This document shows, one piece after another, positions 17,356-28,243 of a stretch of DNA of 50,072 nt. Position 1 is the first letter of the stretch. Each line of letters starts with the position of its first letter. Origin of the DNA: Candidatus Zixiibacteriota bacterium (GTDB lineage: Bacteria; Zixibacteria; MSB-5A5; UBA10806); the NCBI GenBank assembly GCA_036481315.1, contig JAZGHS010000114.1, positions 1-50,072 of the forward strand. Direction: 5' to 3'. Below the pieces are notes generated by a model, which did not search any database, was not told where the DNA came from, and worked only from the letters and a program-made list of their open reading frames with translations. Made by a program: the position numbers and the translations under genes.

Positions 17356-18927
17356 TTAGTCCGTTAACTCGTCTTTAACCACCCCCGCAATCTTAAGAAA
17401 ATTAAAGCCTATCCCCCAATAATCTTGTTTTTTCTCAGAAGTCAAGTTTCGGCCATAAGTAAGTATAATGGTATTATCAAACAAGGTAAGTGCCAATCCC
17501 ATAGCCAGATCGACAACATTTGACGACTCGTCTATCGATATTGACCTTTCTATCGTTGTATCGTCGACGGCAATAGCGCTATAAGACGCGATTTTCGAGC
17601 CAAACCGCGGAAACGAGACATTGATACCCAGCCCAGGCTTAATAAACGCGGGTATTCCATGCCATTTTGATCTTCTTGCGTAATATGTCCCCCCGAACGT
17701 TACGCCCGCGGTAGGAACATAATTATAATCCAGCGGAACCTCCCTGCTATCCGCCGATCCCTCCATAACTGAACCGATCAACTCGTCATCCTGAATGGAG
17801 CCGACGTTCAATCGCTTTATCATAAGCAGGGTATCCGACGTTTTCAGGCTAAATCCGAAATCTCTAACGTGTAACCTGATACGATGCTCGCGGTAGTTAT
17901 TCGATCCCGGTTTACCGTTTGCCAGAATAAGGGTTATGACGTCCCCCGATTTGGCTCCCGAGGACGCGATATGAAACTCGGTATCCTTCAGGTTCCGGAT
18001 AAAACTGTCCATTACCTTTTGTTGGGTAGTATCCGAAACATTGATATCGGAAATCGAAAATACGGTCTCGATTATCTTATAAATTTCGTAGTGAACGGAG
18101 TCTTTATTGGTGTCGGTAATTTCAGCAGTACGTAAAAACGGGAGCCTCGTATTTATAATTTCATTCGCCTCGTAGCGAAGATATTCCGGACTCCAATGCA
18201 TTAAATCAGCTAAGATCTTCAGCTGAAAATCGTTCTTTTCTTCCGTCAGCTCTTTAAGAGCGAATTCGATAGAATTAGACTTGGCAAATAATATATCTCG
18301 CTCGTTTTTCACGTCGCTTTTATTCATCTTCTCTAAATAATTTGGCGACATTCGAGGCGAGTCATTTATGTATTCTTCGTCGTAATAAACACTACGGATA
18401 TTTTCATCGTATTCCGAATCATATGCGGAATCAATTTTAACAAGGTGAGCATTTACTGTATTCCAAATTCCATCAAAATCCTCTTTCAACGGATTCAATA
18501 AGCCAAAAAACTTATCAACCGAATAGATTTTAGCCGGCATCTCTATGCTTTCTTTCCCGACAATCGAATAATTAGGAATCTCGATCGATCTGGTTCCCTT
18601 TTCGGTATCGATATAACCCCTAACCATAATCTCCGCGTCAATTGTGTCGTTTTTTATTATTTCTCTGTCGAACGTAATCCTAATTATACTATTTAAATCG
18701 ACTTCGGGATTTACGATATCGAAGATCTCCGTATTTGCGACCGATGGCCAATTCTTGTAGGTTAGAATTTTATTTACGTTTTTTGCTTTGTCCTCGATCT
18801 CTTCGACTATTGTAAAATACTTGGGGTTGTTCCGGTCGAAATCGTTTCTGCTGATTTGTTGTTGAGAGAAGATCGTCAGAGGTGAAAGCACCAAAACGAA
18901 AACAACAAAAATAATTTTGCGTTTCAT
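17356..18927 (-). CDS. Hypothetical secreted/outer-membrane protein
   Basis: 523 aa, signal peptide, GGGAGG RBS, C-terminal amphipathic beta strands; no family recognised. Confidence 0.7.
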   Translation of the reverse strand: MKRKIIFVVFVLVLSPLTIFSQQQISRNDFDRNNPKYFTIVEEIEDKAKNVNKILTYKNWPSVANTEIFDIVNPEVDLNSIIRITFDREIIKNDTIDAEIMVRGYIDTEKGTRSIEIPNYSIVGKESIEMPAKIYSVDKFFGLLNPLKEDFDGIWNTVNAHLVKIDSAYDSEYDENIRSVYYDEEYINDSPRMSPNYLEKMNKSDVKNERDILFAKSNSIEFALKELTEEKNDFQLKILADLMHWSPEYLRYEANEIINTRLPFLRTAEITDTNKDSVHYEIYKIIETVFSISDINVSDTTQQKVMDSFIRNLKDTEFHIASSGAKSGDVITLILANGKPGSNNYREHRIRLHVRDFGFSLKTSDTLLMIKRLNVGSIQDDELIGSVMEGSADSREVPLDYNYVPTAGVTFGGTYYARRSKWHGIPAFIKPGLGINVSFPRFGSKIASYSAIAVDDTTIERSISIDESSNVVDLAMGLALTLFDNTIILTYGRNLTSEKKQDYWGIGFNFLKIAGVVKDELTD

Positions 18928-19423
18928 AGTAAACCTCCCGCTAATAGTAGCGTCTCCTGTTTGGCAATTTATGAAAATAAATATCGATGTTACTAATTAC
19001 TTATGCAAGTAAAAAATATATTTGACACCATTCAGTATATATATAAAACCAACGAAGTTTCTATTCACCAAAAACCGATAGCACTTTTAATCAATATTGA
19101 GTAGGAAGATAGATTCGATATTTTCGGATGGGCTATTAGGATACCTTGTTTGTCGAATATGGGGCTCGAGGGAAAAATAGATGAAGATCCAATATGAAAA
19201 TAATTGTCAATTAGATCGTATCTCGGGCAGTTTTGTATTCTGAGAATCGTGCGGTCTTAGGCAGCAAATCGACCACTCAAAGCCGATTTTGTGGTCCTCC
19301 TCTTTTTTTCTCAAAACCGCTTGTGAATTGTGCATATATTTGCTAATATTACCGAGGTTAAGTACCGATAATAATACGAGGTTACCTTATCGGTAACACG
19401 GCTTGATTTTTTGAGGGAGGAAA

Positions 19424-20437
19424 ATGAAGTTTTTCAGATATGTAAATATTGTCTTGCTGGTCTCGGCTTTATTCTGGGCCGGATGCGCCAAGAAACCGGC
19501 AACCATTAAAGGGAAAGTTACCAACGCCGAAGGCCAACCGCTTGCCGGGGCGGCTATCTTTACAATCCCTCAACAGATGTCGGTTCTTTCGGATACGTCG
19601 GGCAATTTCATTTTCGACGATGTCGTGCCCGGGGAATACTCCCTCCTGGCCAAGTTCGACAGCGACTCTACGGTTAAGATCATAGGGGAAATCGGACCGG
19701 GAGCGACCATGACGGTTGATCTGGTAATCTTCAAATCGGAACCGCCACCGCCACCACCCCCACCGCCAAAGCCCAAGCCGAAGAAAAAACCGAAACCCAA
19801 AGCGAAACCGAAGCCGAAACCGGATATTCCCTTAGTCGATCCGGCGGAAAAAAGCGGGACGAAGGTTCTGCACTTGGGAACATCGGTGTTTTTCGAAAAA
19901 TTCGAGGTGGAATCGTCTGATGGCCTGGTCTGGACGCTTAAAAAGGAAAAAGATTCAAATCTCAAATTTAAAGGCGGCCTTTTACGCGAGGGATATTTCG
20001 CCGGACCGTACCATAAATACTGGGAAACCGCCGCCAGGAAACTTGAATACGACAACAAAGTCTGGATCTATATCCATGGACCCGAAAAAGTGATCGGTGA
20101 TCGACGCAATATATCCATAACCGTACCGCTGGGGCTTCCCGCCAACGCGGAGATCGATTCGGTCGTAGTTGAATACGGTCTGCCTAAATTCCCCGATGAT
20201 TACACCCCGGGGAAAGTCCAGCTTAGACTTTTAGGATATACCGCGTCGGATATAACCAACTTTATGGATTGGCATCCTGTTGACCACGACGAGAACGGGC
20301 TTATTAAAAAAGAAGTCATCAACCCGCGGGGCGCAAACCGTAAGCTCGAATATATAGTCATCGATGTCGATTCCGACGGCGACGCTTACTGGGACGCTTT
20401 GATCGTAAGGCCGCTGGTTTATTTCGATCTGCGGTAA
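19424..20437 (+). CDS. Lipoprotein with carboxypeptidase-regulatory-like domain and Pro/Lys-rich linker
   Basis: WAGC lipobox, IKGKVTNAEGQPLAGA...SDTSGNF..VPGEY, P9-(KP)n linker. Confidence 0.8.
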   Translation: MKFFRYVNIVLLVSALFWAGCAKKPATIKGKVTNAEGQPLAGAAIFTIPQQMSVLSDTSGNFIFDDVVPGEYSLLAKFDSDSTVKIIGEIGPGATMTVDLVIFKSEPPPPPPPPPKPKPKKKPKPKAKPKPKPDIPLVDPAEKSGTKVLHLGTSVFFEKFEVESSDGLVWTLKKEKDSNLKFKGGLLREGYFAGPYHKYWETAARKLEYDNKVWIYIHGPEKVIGDRRNISITVPLGLPANAEIDSVVVEYGLPKFPDDYTPGKVQLRLLGYTASDITNFMDWHPVDHDENGLIKKEVINPRGANRKLEYIVIDVDSDGDAYWDALIVRPLVYFDLR

Positions 20438-20457
20438 TAGATAACTTAAATCTTTTG

Positions 20458-20486
20458 CGGTCGGGTGTTCTCACTCGACCGTTTTT
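20458..20486 (+). terminator. Intrinsic terminator
   Basis: CGGTCGGGTG-TTCT-CACTCGACCG-TTTTT. Confidence 0.75.
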
Positions 20487-20728
20487 ATTATAAGCGGCAG
20501 ATTGTCGGCATTAATATGCCGATCCCGCCCAATGACGAGATATTTAATCTATCGACCGCGAAAAAACCGTGGCGTTGGTTCGCCTTATCCTTGCTAATGG
20601 AGAGTAATGCCTATATAATATCGAACAGAATATGTAGTTTGAGCGTATCTTTAGATAAACAGGCGATCCAACTCCCTGGAACAATCAAAAGATGGAGATG
20701 GTTGGAAATAGCGAGTAAATTGTAAGAT

Positions 20729-21751
20729 GTGAGGGTTACGATGAGAGTAAAAGGATGGATAGTAATTCTACTTATAGCTGTGATTTCCGCCGGGGCGTAT
20801 TTTATACTAGCCGAGTCGTTTAAATCGGGAGATATCAGCAGATCGATGGAATTCGAGTATTCTGTAAAAGTGATCAACATTCCAAAAGACGCCAGGAACG
20901 TTTCGGTCTTGATACCGGTGCCGCAGACCGATCCTCACCAGGTCGTGGCCAACGTTAAAATTGAAAGCCCATACACATTTACCCATCTGACCGACAACGA
21001 GTACGGAAACAAAGTGGTAAAGATCGATCTTGCCGATGACGCGCCTGAGAGTTTCGAGGTGAAGATGATCGTCTCGGTGAATCGGAAAAGATATACGGCG
21101 TTAGACGGTTCCATGAAGGGAATCGACTCACCGTCGGACGACCTGCGCCAAAGACTGCTTGCCGCCGACAGGTTGATCCCTCTTGACGGCCCGGTAATGG
21201 TGGAGCAAGCGAAAGTAGTTAGAGACGAAATGAGCGATCTTCAGAAAGCCCGCGTTATCTATAATTATCTCGTGGAAAGCATGAAATACGATAAGAGCGG
21301 CGACGGCTGGGGACGCGGCGACGCCGTATACGCGTGCGACTCCCGTTCCGGCAACTGCACCGATTTCCATTCTCTGTTCATCGGAATGGCCAGGGTAAGC
21401 GGCATACCGGCGAGGTTCGTCATGGGATTTCCGGTACCGGCGGATAAAGAAGAGGGCGAGATCGGAGGATATCATTGCTGGGCCGAGTTCTACACTGATG
21501 AGTTGGGCTGGGTGCCGGTTGACGCGTCCGAGGCGAATAAGCATCCCGATAAAAGAGAGTTCTTTTTCGGCAGTCTCGATCAGAACAGGATAGCTTTCAC
21601 CTACGGCCGCGATATCGATTTCGGTATAGAGGAGCTTTCAGAACCGCTTAACTATTTAATCTATCCTCTGGTTCTGGTTGATGGTAATATTCACAGCGAT
21701 TTCGAGAAGAAATTCGCGTTCTCCAACCGGGAGATCGACCGGATTATATAA
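20729..21751 (+). CDS. Transglutaminase-like domain protein
   Basis: GNCTDFH, GIPAR, HCWAEF, GWVPVD (Cys-His-Asp triad); N-terminal anchor. Confidence 0.9.
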   Translation: MRVTMRVKGWIVILLIAVISAGAYFILAESFKSGDISRSMEFEYSVKVINIPKDARNVSVLIPVPQTDPHQVVANVKIESPYTFTHLTDNEYGNKVVKIDLADDAPESFEVKMIVSVNRKRYTALDGSMKGIDSPSDDLRQRLLAADRLIPLDGPVMVEQAKVVRDEMSDLQKARVIYNYLVESMKYDKSGDGWGRGDAVYACDSRSGNCTDFHSLFIGMARVSGIPARFVMGFPVPADKEEGEIGGYHCWAEFYTDELGWVPVDASEANKHPDKREFFFGSLDQNRIAFTYGRDIDFGIEELSEPLNYLIYPLVLVDGNIHSDFEKKFAFSNREIDRII

Positions 21752-21774
21752 TATTAAATTTCATAATTGAAATC

Positions 21775-21799
21775 GTAGGGGTCCGATATATTGAACCCC
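21775..21799 (+). repeat. GTAG REP-like palindrome
   Basis: GTAGGGGTCCGATATATTGAACCCC between convergent genes. Confidence 0.65.
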
Positions 21800-21832
21800 C
21801 ACGGTTTTTTTATTTCACAGTTGAAAATAAAG

Positions 21833-23185
21833 CTACTTCCCGAGCTTCCCCGCAGTGGAAATAACCATATTCTTCGTATCGAAATAATCTTTCACCACGC
21901 GCTGAACATCAGCGGTTGTAACCTGACGAACCTTCGTTAAGTAATCGTCCTCGTAATCGTATCCGACACCAAGAAATTCGTTTTTACACATGTAGTAAGC
22001 CTGGTTTATCCTCGACGCTCTTGCCAGCAACATCGACCCCCATGTCGAATTCTGCGCTTTGGTCAGCTCGCCCTCCTCGGGCGCGACCACTTTCACTTTA
22101 TCGATCTCGGCGATCAAACCATTTTTGGCGACTTCGTAATTTTCGAATCCGGTACCCATCGATACGATAGTCCAGCCGAAATCAGGCATGAAATTGGCTC
22201 CCATGCCGACAGAGTAAGCCAGGCCCTGCTTCTCGCGAAGATTCAACCGCATCCTCGTTGATATTATCGACGAGGCCATGGCAATCGCGGGAGCGTCAGG
22301 CGATTTCAGCCCCGGAGTTAAACTGCCCATGTAGATATAGATCTGTTCTTTTTCCATTTCATGATGAGTCTCGATTATCCCCGACGGCTTTCCGGGATTC
22401 GATATCGACGGATACTCTGAATCATCGCGCTGCATTTGTTTGAAAGTTTCATAAATCCAGGCCTTGATCGTTTCTGGTTCGATATTGGTGGCGATAGCCA
22501 TTATCATGTTGTTGGGGGCGTAGAAATGACGATGATGATTCACAAGATCGTCGCGAGTGAATCCGGCTACCGTGCGATGAGATCCCATCACCGTTTTCGA
22601 AAGAGGGTATCCCTCGAACAATTTACTATAGTAACCTTTGCGGGCGATTTGATAAGTAGAGCCGGAACTCATGCCGAGCATCCCCATAACCCTCTGCCTT
22701 GTTTTCTCTATCTCACTTTCGGGAAAATCGGGCTTGGCGACAATCTGATATAAAAGTTTTGTACCCGCTTCAGCGTATTCGTCGATCGTCTCGAATTTTA
22801 TAAACGAGTAGGTATTGGTAGTATAACGATCGTCGTAGGGGATATACGGATTGTCATTGGCGGTTATCGTGGCGCCTAAATCATCGAGCTTGTTCTGTAC
22901 TGTCTCAGCGTCCATACCGTCGGCGCCCTGGGTTAGCATCCGATTGACAAAATCGGTGATACCGTCCTTGCCTTCCGGCTCGCAGGCGCTCCTGTTTTTG
23001 CCCAGTATGTTTATGGCATAAACCCGGCTGTCGGGATTGTACTTTATTATCAACGTAAGACCGTTGGGCAGAACTTCCCGCACGAACTTGTTATATCCGA
23101 CCTCTTCCTGGGCATATCCAGGCTGGATAGTTAACAGCGATAGAATTAGTATCGCCGCGGCGACTTTGAGTATTGATATTCTCAT
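21833..23185 (-). CDS. M16 family peptidase, non-catalytic subunit
   Basis: LPNGL, HXXEH replaced by DFVNR, LREKQGLAYSV; signal peptide. Confidence 0.9.
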   Translation of the reverse strand: MRISILKVAAAILILSLLTIQPGYAQEEVGYNKFVREVLPNGLTLIIKYNPDSRVYAINILGKNRSACEPEGKDGITDFVNRMLTQGADGMDAETVQNKLDDLGATITANDNPYIPYDDRYTTNTYSFIKFETIDEYAEAGTKLLYQIVAKPDFPESEIEKTRQRVMGMLGMSSGSTYQIARKGYYSKLFEGYPLSKTVMGSHRTVAGFTRDDLVNHHRHFYAPNNMIMAIATNIEPETIKAWIYETFKQMQRDDSEYPSISNPGKPSGIIETHHEMEKEQIYIYMGSLTPGLKSPDAPAIAMASSIISTRMRLNLREKQGLAYSVGMGANFMPDFGWTIVSMGTGFENYEVAKNGLIAEIDKVKVVAPEEGELTKAQNSTWGSMLLARASRINQAYYMCKNEFLGVGYDYEDDYLTKVRQVTTADVQRVVKDYFDTKNMVISTAGKLGK

Positions 23186-24321
23186 TTTTCCACCTTCCCG
23201 GTTGACGCTAAGGCGCAGGCGACATATTTGGGTTCGGCGAAATATTTTTTCACTACGCTGTTGACCTCCTCAGGCGTGACACCCGAGAGGTAATCAACAT
23301 ATTTATCCAAAAACTTGAACCCGGCGGTAGCGAGGATAGCCGCTTTCATGATACCGTAATAATGAAGCTTCTCCTCGAGCTTGATTTCGTATACTTTATT
23401 CGGTACCACGACCCGACGGATATCGTCGGCGGTGAACGAGATTTGAGTCAGGCCGGTTAATGATCCGATAGCCGCTCTGACTATCGGCTCGACATTGGCC
23501 GGATCGTTCGATTTTATCGATATATCCATCATCGTGAATTCCTTCTGCATGTTCAGGCCGACATAGACTTCCGTAGCCAGTGGAGCTTCGCCATCGGTTA
23601 GCGCTTTGCTCAACGGCGACGTATCCGAATTCAGGATCTGGGACAAAACATCGAACGCGAAATAATCGGGATCGTTATAGAGTGGGCCGGGAATCGAGAT
23701 ATCGACATGTGTCACTTTGGCCGGGTATTCCTTAATATGTATTTCGGTCCCCCAGGGCGGCGAGATTTCGAACTCCTCCAATTTTGGCTGTTTCCCAGCG
23801 GGGACCGTGCCATAGTATTTCTTGACCAACTCCAGCATCTTGCCGGTCTCGAAATCGCCGCTCACAAAAGCGATCATGTTGTTGGGAACATAGTATTCTT
23901 TGTAATAGCTCATAACCTCGGCGGGCAGAAGCGATCTGAAAAGCTGATCGGACTGGATATCCATCCCCTCGGCGATAAATTCTTTCGGCATGACCACCAG
24001 GTAGCCGGTCATCTCCTGACGGGTGAATGCGTTGATATACCCGCCGAAATTCTTAATCCCCTCGTTGATATCCTCACGTGTTTTGGTTTCGGTGCCATTG
24101 AACAACATATGTTCCAATAGATGGGTAAAGCCGTTATTGGAGTCGTTTTCGTATTTACTGCCGGCTTTGACCACTACCACCGACGATATCAGCGGTACGG
24201 CGTGGTTTTCCTTCAAGATAACCTGTAAACCGTTATCGAGTGTATGGAAGGTGGTTTTACCGGCAAAAACGGATGTTGCCAACAGCGTAAACGCCGCTGT
24301 CAACAGGACATATTTCTTCAT
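23182..24321 (-). CDS. M16 family peptidase, HXXEH subunit, with apparent in-frame internal deletion
   Basis: HLLEHMLF, NAFT, YYVPNN; the usual E-R-x-V-V-x-E-E and P-x-x-G segments are absent between LLPAE and VMSYY. Confidence 0.8.
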   Translation of the reverse strand: MKKYVLLTAAFTLLATSVFAGKTTFHTLDNGLQVILKENHAVPLISSVVVVKAGSKYENDSNNGFTHLLEHMLFNGTETKTREDINEGIKNFGGYINAFTRQEMTGYLVVMPKEFIAEGMDIQSDQLFRSLLPAEVMSYYKEYYVPNNMIAFVSGDFETGKMLELVKKYYGTVPAGKQPKLEEFEISPPWGTEIHIKEYPAKVTHVDISIPGPLYNDPDYFAFDVLSQILNSDTSPLSKALTDGEAPLATEVYVGLNMQKEFTMMDISIKSNDPANVEPIVRAAIGSLTGLTQISFTADDIRRVVVPNKVYEIKLEEKLHYYGIMKAAILATAGFKFLDKYVDYLSGVTPEEVNSVVKKYFAEPKYVACALASTGKVEK

Positions 24322-24511
24322 ATTTCCTCCGTATATTGTGGAATATTATATTTCATTAAGATTATAAATAGATTCACAGGATTGTAAAGTCAAGAGTAAT
24401 GTGGGGGCGTGATGACAGAATGTGCTTATCAGGCAATTACCGTATAGTCAAGACTAAAAGTATCGGAGCGCCGAAAACGAAATCTATATTCTCCCGAGAA
24501 TTCAGGAATAA

Positions 24512-24538
24512 ATGCCCCACGGCGAGCCTGTGGGGTAT
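24512..24538. repeat. CCCRCAGC-family palindrome (variant)
   Basis: ATGCCCCACGGCGAGCCTGTGGGGTAT. Confidence 0.55.
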
Positions 24539-24582
24539 CAACTCTCTCATTATTCAATTGAACTACGTTAAAACCGACATAG

Positions 24583-26142
24583 CTACTCGTCAGGATACTC
24601 GTCTGTAGTGTAGCTGTCGATACCAAACTCCCAGGCCGCCACGGGCTCAAGAGTTATACCGTTATGTCTTTTCAGAACGAATCGATTGTATTTTTGCCAT
24701 AACGCGGCCGCTTTTCCGGGAGGCGTGTTGATTGATGATGAAACCTCTGTTTCCTCAAGTTCGGAAATAGAAGTCTGGGTCTCATACCCAAACGATGTGC
24801 TTACTGTTGCGGAAATGCTGCCCGAGAAAAAATTAAAACTAACACCGGCTTCGGCGGTCACGGAAACGGAAGTTGATTCCCAGAATGTTTCACTTTCTGA
24901 AGTGGTGATACCCGACCTGATTGTCACGTTATTCGTTTGAATTTCGGAGGTTTGATTGTAGTTATGATACAGCAATTTGTAGAAAACGTGGCGCTCCAAG
25001 CGGTAAAAAGGCGAATTTGCGACCCTCCATCCGACATTATCGCCATATATTAAATCTCTTACTATCGTGCAGGGGGCTAGCATCGATTTTGCCATTAACG
25101 GAGCCGTTTCTTCCGGTGGTGTATCTAAGCCGGTTAATTGCGGAATATAAAATTGATCGGGCGCTTCGATGAGCATTGGTAACTCCAATTTGAGAACATT
25201 CATGACCTGGTGAGATTCTGGTTGATGCCAGTAATTCCAGCCGACGAAAGTCCCCGTTTCCAAATATGCCATTGAGTGAGGACCAGCTTCCGGAGGATAA
25301 ATTTTCCAGCTGCCGAAATCCCACGGCATGCTGGTATCATTATCGCTCCAGATAAAACTACCGGCCCTTCCGGGAACGGTCAGATCTTCGCGGACGCATA
25401 CGACATCGCTTAAGTCTGGTTTTTCCGGGCCGGCCTGGGCAACGAGGCCCATCGCTTTATATCCTTCGGGCGGAATCGGTATCCAGAAGGTGGCCACGGT
25501 ATCGTAGAACATGAAGCCAACACGGTAAAACCATAAGAGGCTATAATCCAAAGGCTCGGCCAAAGCGTCAGAGCCAGTCGTCTCTTTGACAACCATCATC
25601 GCATAATTACCGTCGGGACTAGAGTAGCCAGGGAAACCAAGAGAACCGAGAGCGCGAAAATCGTTTTCCGTAATCGGATGGTAGAAAGAGCCGTCATAAG
25701 CACCTCCGCTTCCCTGGTCGCGCCATCGATATTGATAAGTATCAACGAACGAAATCAATAATTCGCCGGCATCGAGAACATAATGATTATAAACCTGAAC
25801 CGGTATTGATTTAATCCTTCCGCTACCGCCCACGACCGTAATTACAGCCGTTCCATATGCGACCCCGGTTACCTCGATGAGGGAATCGCTCTTGGTCACA
25901 GCGGCAACGCCTGGATTATCACTCGAGACTTCAAATAAGTCCGGTAAACCGTTTTGATCGGTCGCCGTAATTTTGATTGTTTCGGTTCCTCCAGGAATAA
26001 TCGAAACACCGAGTAAACTCGACAGAATTCGAGAATTATTGGGAATATCTTGGGGGTCGGTAGATGAATCTCCGCAGCTGCCTGCTAACAATAGAAAAAA
26101 GGGCAGAAGTATAAAAATATTTAATTTCCCAGAAACGATCAC
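24583..26142 (-). CDS. Lipoprotein: Ig-like + Vps62/DUF946-like + Bin/Tpp (Toxin_10)-like beta-pore-forming domain
   Basis: LAGSC lipobox; SSDNPGVA..GTAVITV Ig-like; FWIPIPPEGYKAMG..CVREDL Vps62-like; PFYRLER then Ser/Thr-rich GITTSES..VSVTAEAGVSF..STSFGYE. Confidence 0.7.
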   Translation of the reverse strand: MIVSGKLNIFILLPFFLLLAGSCGDSSTDPQDIPNNSRILSSLLGVSIIPGGTETIKITATDQNGLPDLFEVSSDNPGVAAVTKSDSLIEVTGVAYGTAVITVVGGSGRIKSIPVQVYNHYVLDAGELLISFVDTYQYRWRDQGSGGAYDGSFYHPITENDFRALGSLGFPGYSSPDGNYAMMVVKETTGSDALAEPLDYSLLWFYRVGFMFYDTVATFWIPIPPEGYKAMGLVAQAGPEKPDLSDVVCVREDLTVPGRAGSFIWSDNDTSMPWDFGSWKIYPPEAGPHSMAYLETGTFVGWNYWHQPESHQVMNVLKLELPMLIEAPDQFYIPQLTGLDTPPEETAPLMAKSMLAPCTIVRDLIYGDNVGWRVANSPFYRLERHVFYKLLYHNYNQTSEIQTNNVTIRSGITTSESETFWESTSVSVTAEAGVSFNFFSGSISATVSTSFGYETQTSISELEETEVSSSINTPPGKAAALWQKYNRFVLKRHNGITLEPVAAWEFGIDSYTTDEYPDE

Positions 26143-26305
26143 AATGGACCTCCTCTATATTATGGAAAAGAATCGATAGTTGCCTCTCCCGATGTATATC
26201 TTGATTAAAAATAACTGTCATCGATCTGGATGTCAATTATTTAATGCCGATTGAATGTTAACTTACGACCCGATCGTAAGATTTGAGCCCTGATCTGACA
26301 AATAA

Positions 26306-26330
26306 ATACCCGTTGCTTGCTGTGGGATAA
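26306..26330. repeat. CCCRCAGC-family palindrome (degenerate)
   Basis: ATACCCGTTGCTTGCTGTGGGATAA. Confidence 0.55.
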
Positions 26331-26392
26331 TCGAAATTATCCAACCACAATTTCGTTGAAACAAATCCGGTATTTTCGTATTTTACTATATT

Positions 26393-28234
26393 ATGATTAA
26401 TATCGCTTTCGAGATAATTGTGGTCGGCGGGGGACATGCCGGGATCGAGGCGGCCCTGGCTGGCGCCCGCATGGGTTGTCGAACCGCGTTGATTACCATG
26501 GATATAAACGCTATCGGCCGGATGAGCTGTAATCCGGCTATCGGCGGACTGGCCAAAGGACAACTTGTGCGGGAGATCGACGCTTTAGGCGGAGAGATGG
26601 GCTACGCGATCGATAATACCGGTATCCAATTCAAGCTTTTGAACCGAAGCAGAGGTCCTGCGGTTCAATCCCGACGTGCCCAGGCGGATAGAAATCTGTA
26701 TTCGGAATTTATGGTCAAAACCGTGGCGAATCAGGAACGCCTCAGTACAATAGAAGGCCAAGTAAGCGATTTAATCGTAAAGGGCAATCAATGCCGGGGT
26801 GTCATTTTGGCAGACGGAACGAAAATAGACTCCCGAGCCGTTATTATTACTGTGGGCACGTTCCTTAACGGATTGATACACATTGGGATAGAGCAAATCA
26901 AAGCGGGCCGCTTGGACGAGCCACCGGCTGTCGGATTGACTGATAGGCTGATTTCGCTGGGAATCTCGACCGGTCGTTTGAAAACCGGAACCCCTCCGCG
27001 TCTCGATGGAAATACGATCGATTTCAGTAAATGCGAAATCCAGGAGGGGGACGATCCCCCGCCTTATTTCTCCAACCGTTCGGATCATTCACGTCGATTT
27101 GAGCAATCGGTTTGTTTTCTAACCTATACGAACGAAAATACTCACTGGATAATCCGGGAAAATCTCGATTCTTCCCCTCTCTATTCCGGTGCTATAACCG
27201 GAATAGGGCCGCGTTATTGCCCGTCAATAGAGGATAAAGTCGTCCGGTTCAGCGAAAGACCACGTCATCAGCTATTTTTAGAGCCGGAAGGGCTCGATAC
27301 CGATGAGTACTACATAAACGGATTTTCGTCATCACTACCGAAGGAAGCCCAGTTGCAGGCGCTCCGGACCATACCGGGATTGGAAAAAGTAAAAATGAAT
27401 CGCCCTGGATACGCAATAGAGTACGATTTCTTTCCGCCACATCAGCTCTTTGTGACCATGGAATCGAAAATCGTACCGGGATTGTATTTCGCCGGCCAGG
27501 TAAATGGGACGTCGGGATACGAGGAGGCGGCCGCCCAGGGTATAATGGCCGGAATTAACGCGGTTTTAAAAATTTGTGACGAGAAACCGTTCAAGCTTTC
27601 ACGTTCCGAAGCTTATATCGGCGTATTGCTTGACGATCTGGCGACAAAATCTACCGAGGAACCGTATCGCATGTTTACCTCCCGAGCGGAATACAGACTT
27701 AAACTGCGTGACGATAACGCCGATTATCGCCTCTTGGAAAAAGGTCACGGGCTTGGCCTCGTTTCGGAGGAAGTTTTCGGAGATTATAACTGTAGAGGGG
27801 ATTTAAAGAAAAAACTCGAGCTATTCTTAAAAGCAGGGAAGATCGATATTGAATCGTCGGGCAACGGCGAAAATGGCTCAAGGAAAATCACTTCTTTTGA
27901 AGCCTTGCGCAACCCGAGGGTTGATATCGCGGATTACCCTATATATAATGAGGCAATTTCCAGATTTGGGGCGGAGATTTTCGCTGGGTTGGCCAACGAT
28001 ATTCGTTATGACGGCTATATCCGTCGTCAGGACAGCAGAATAGAGCGATTTCAAGCTCTTGAGGATTTTAAGATACCGATCGGGATAGAATATTCGACGC
28101 TTGGAGGATTGAAAACCGAGGCCAGGGAGAAATTATCCCAATTCAGGCCTGAGACTCTGGGGCAGGCATCAAGGATATCCGGGGTCTCACCCGGGGATAT
28201 ATCAGTACTAATGGTACATTTTCAAAGGATATAG
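26393..28234 (+). CDS. mnmG: tRNA uridine-5-carboxymethylaminomethyl(34) synthesis enzyme MnmG (GidA)
   Basis: [65 protein letters not shown]. Confidence 0.98.
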   Translation: MINIAFEIIVVGGGHAGIEAALAGARMGCRTALITMDINAIGRMSCNPAIGGLAKGQLVREIDALGGEMGYAIDNTGIQFKLLNRSRGPAVQSRRAQADRNLYSEFMVKTVANQERLSTIEGQVSDLIVKGNQCRGVILADGTKIDSRAVIITVGTFLNGLIHIGIEQIKAGRLDEPPAVGLTDRLISLGISTGRLKTGTPPRLDGNTIDFSKCEIQEGDDPPPYFSNRSDHSRRFEQSVCFLTYTNENTHWIIRENLDSSPLYSGAITGIGPRYCPSIEDKVVRFSERPRHQLFLEPEGLDTDEYYINGFSSSLPKEAQLQALRTIPGLEKVKMNRPGYAIEYDFFPPHQLFVTMESKIVPGLYFAGQVNGTSGYEEAAAQGIMAGINAVLKICDEKPFKLSRSEAYIGVLLDDLATKSTEEPYRMFTSRAEYRLKLRDDNADYRLLEKGHGLGLVSEEVFGDYNCRGDLKKKLELFLKAGKIDIESSGNGENGSRKITSFEALRNPRVDIADYPIYNEAISRFGAEIFAGLANDIRYDGYIRRQDSRIERFQALEDFKIPIGIEYSTLGGLKTEAREKLSQFRPETLGQASRISGVSPGDISVLMVHFQRI

Positions 28235-28243
28235 ATAGACAAA

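Noticed and set aside
19570-20058. Gly/Phe-rich 162-aa ORF
   Set aside because: Reverse complement of the Pro/Lys linker of the lipoprotein
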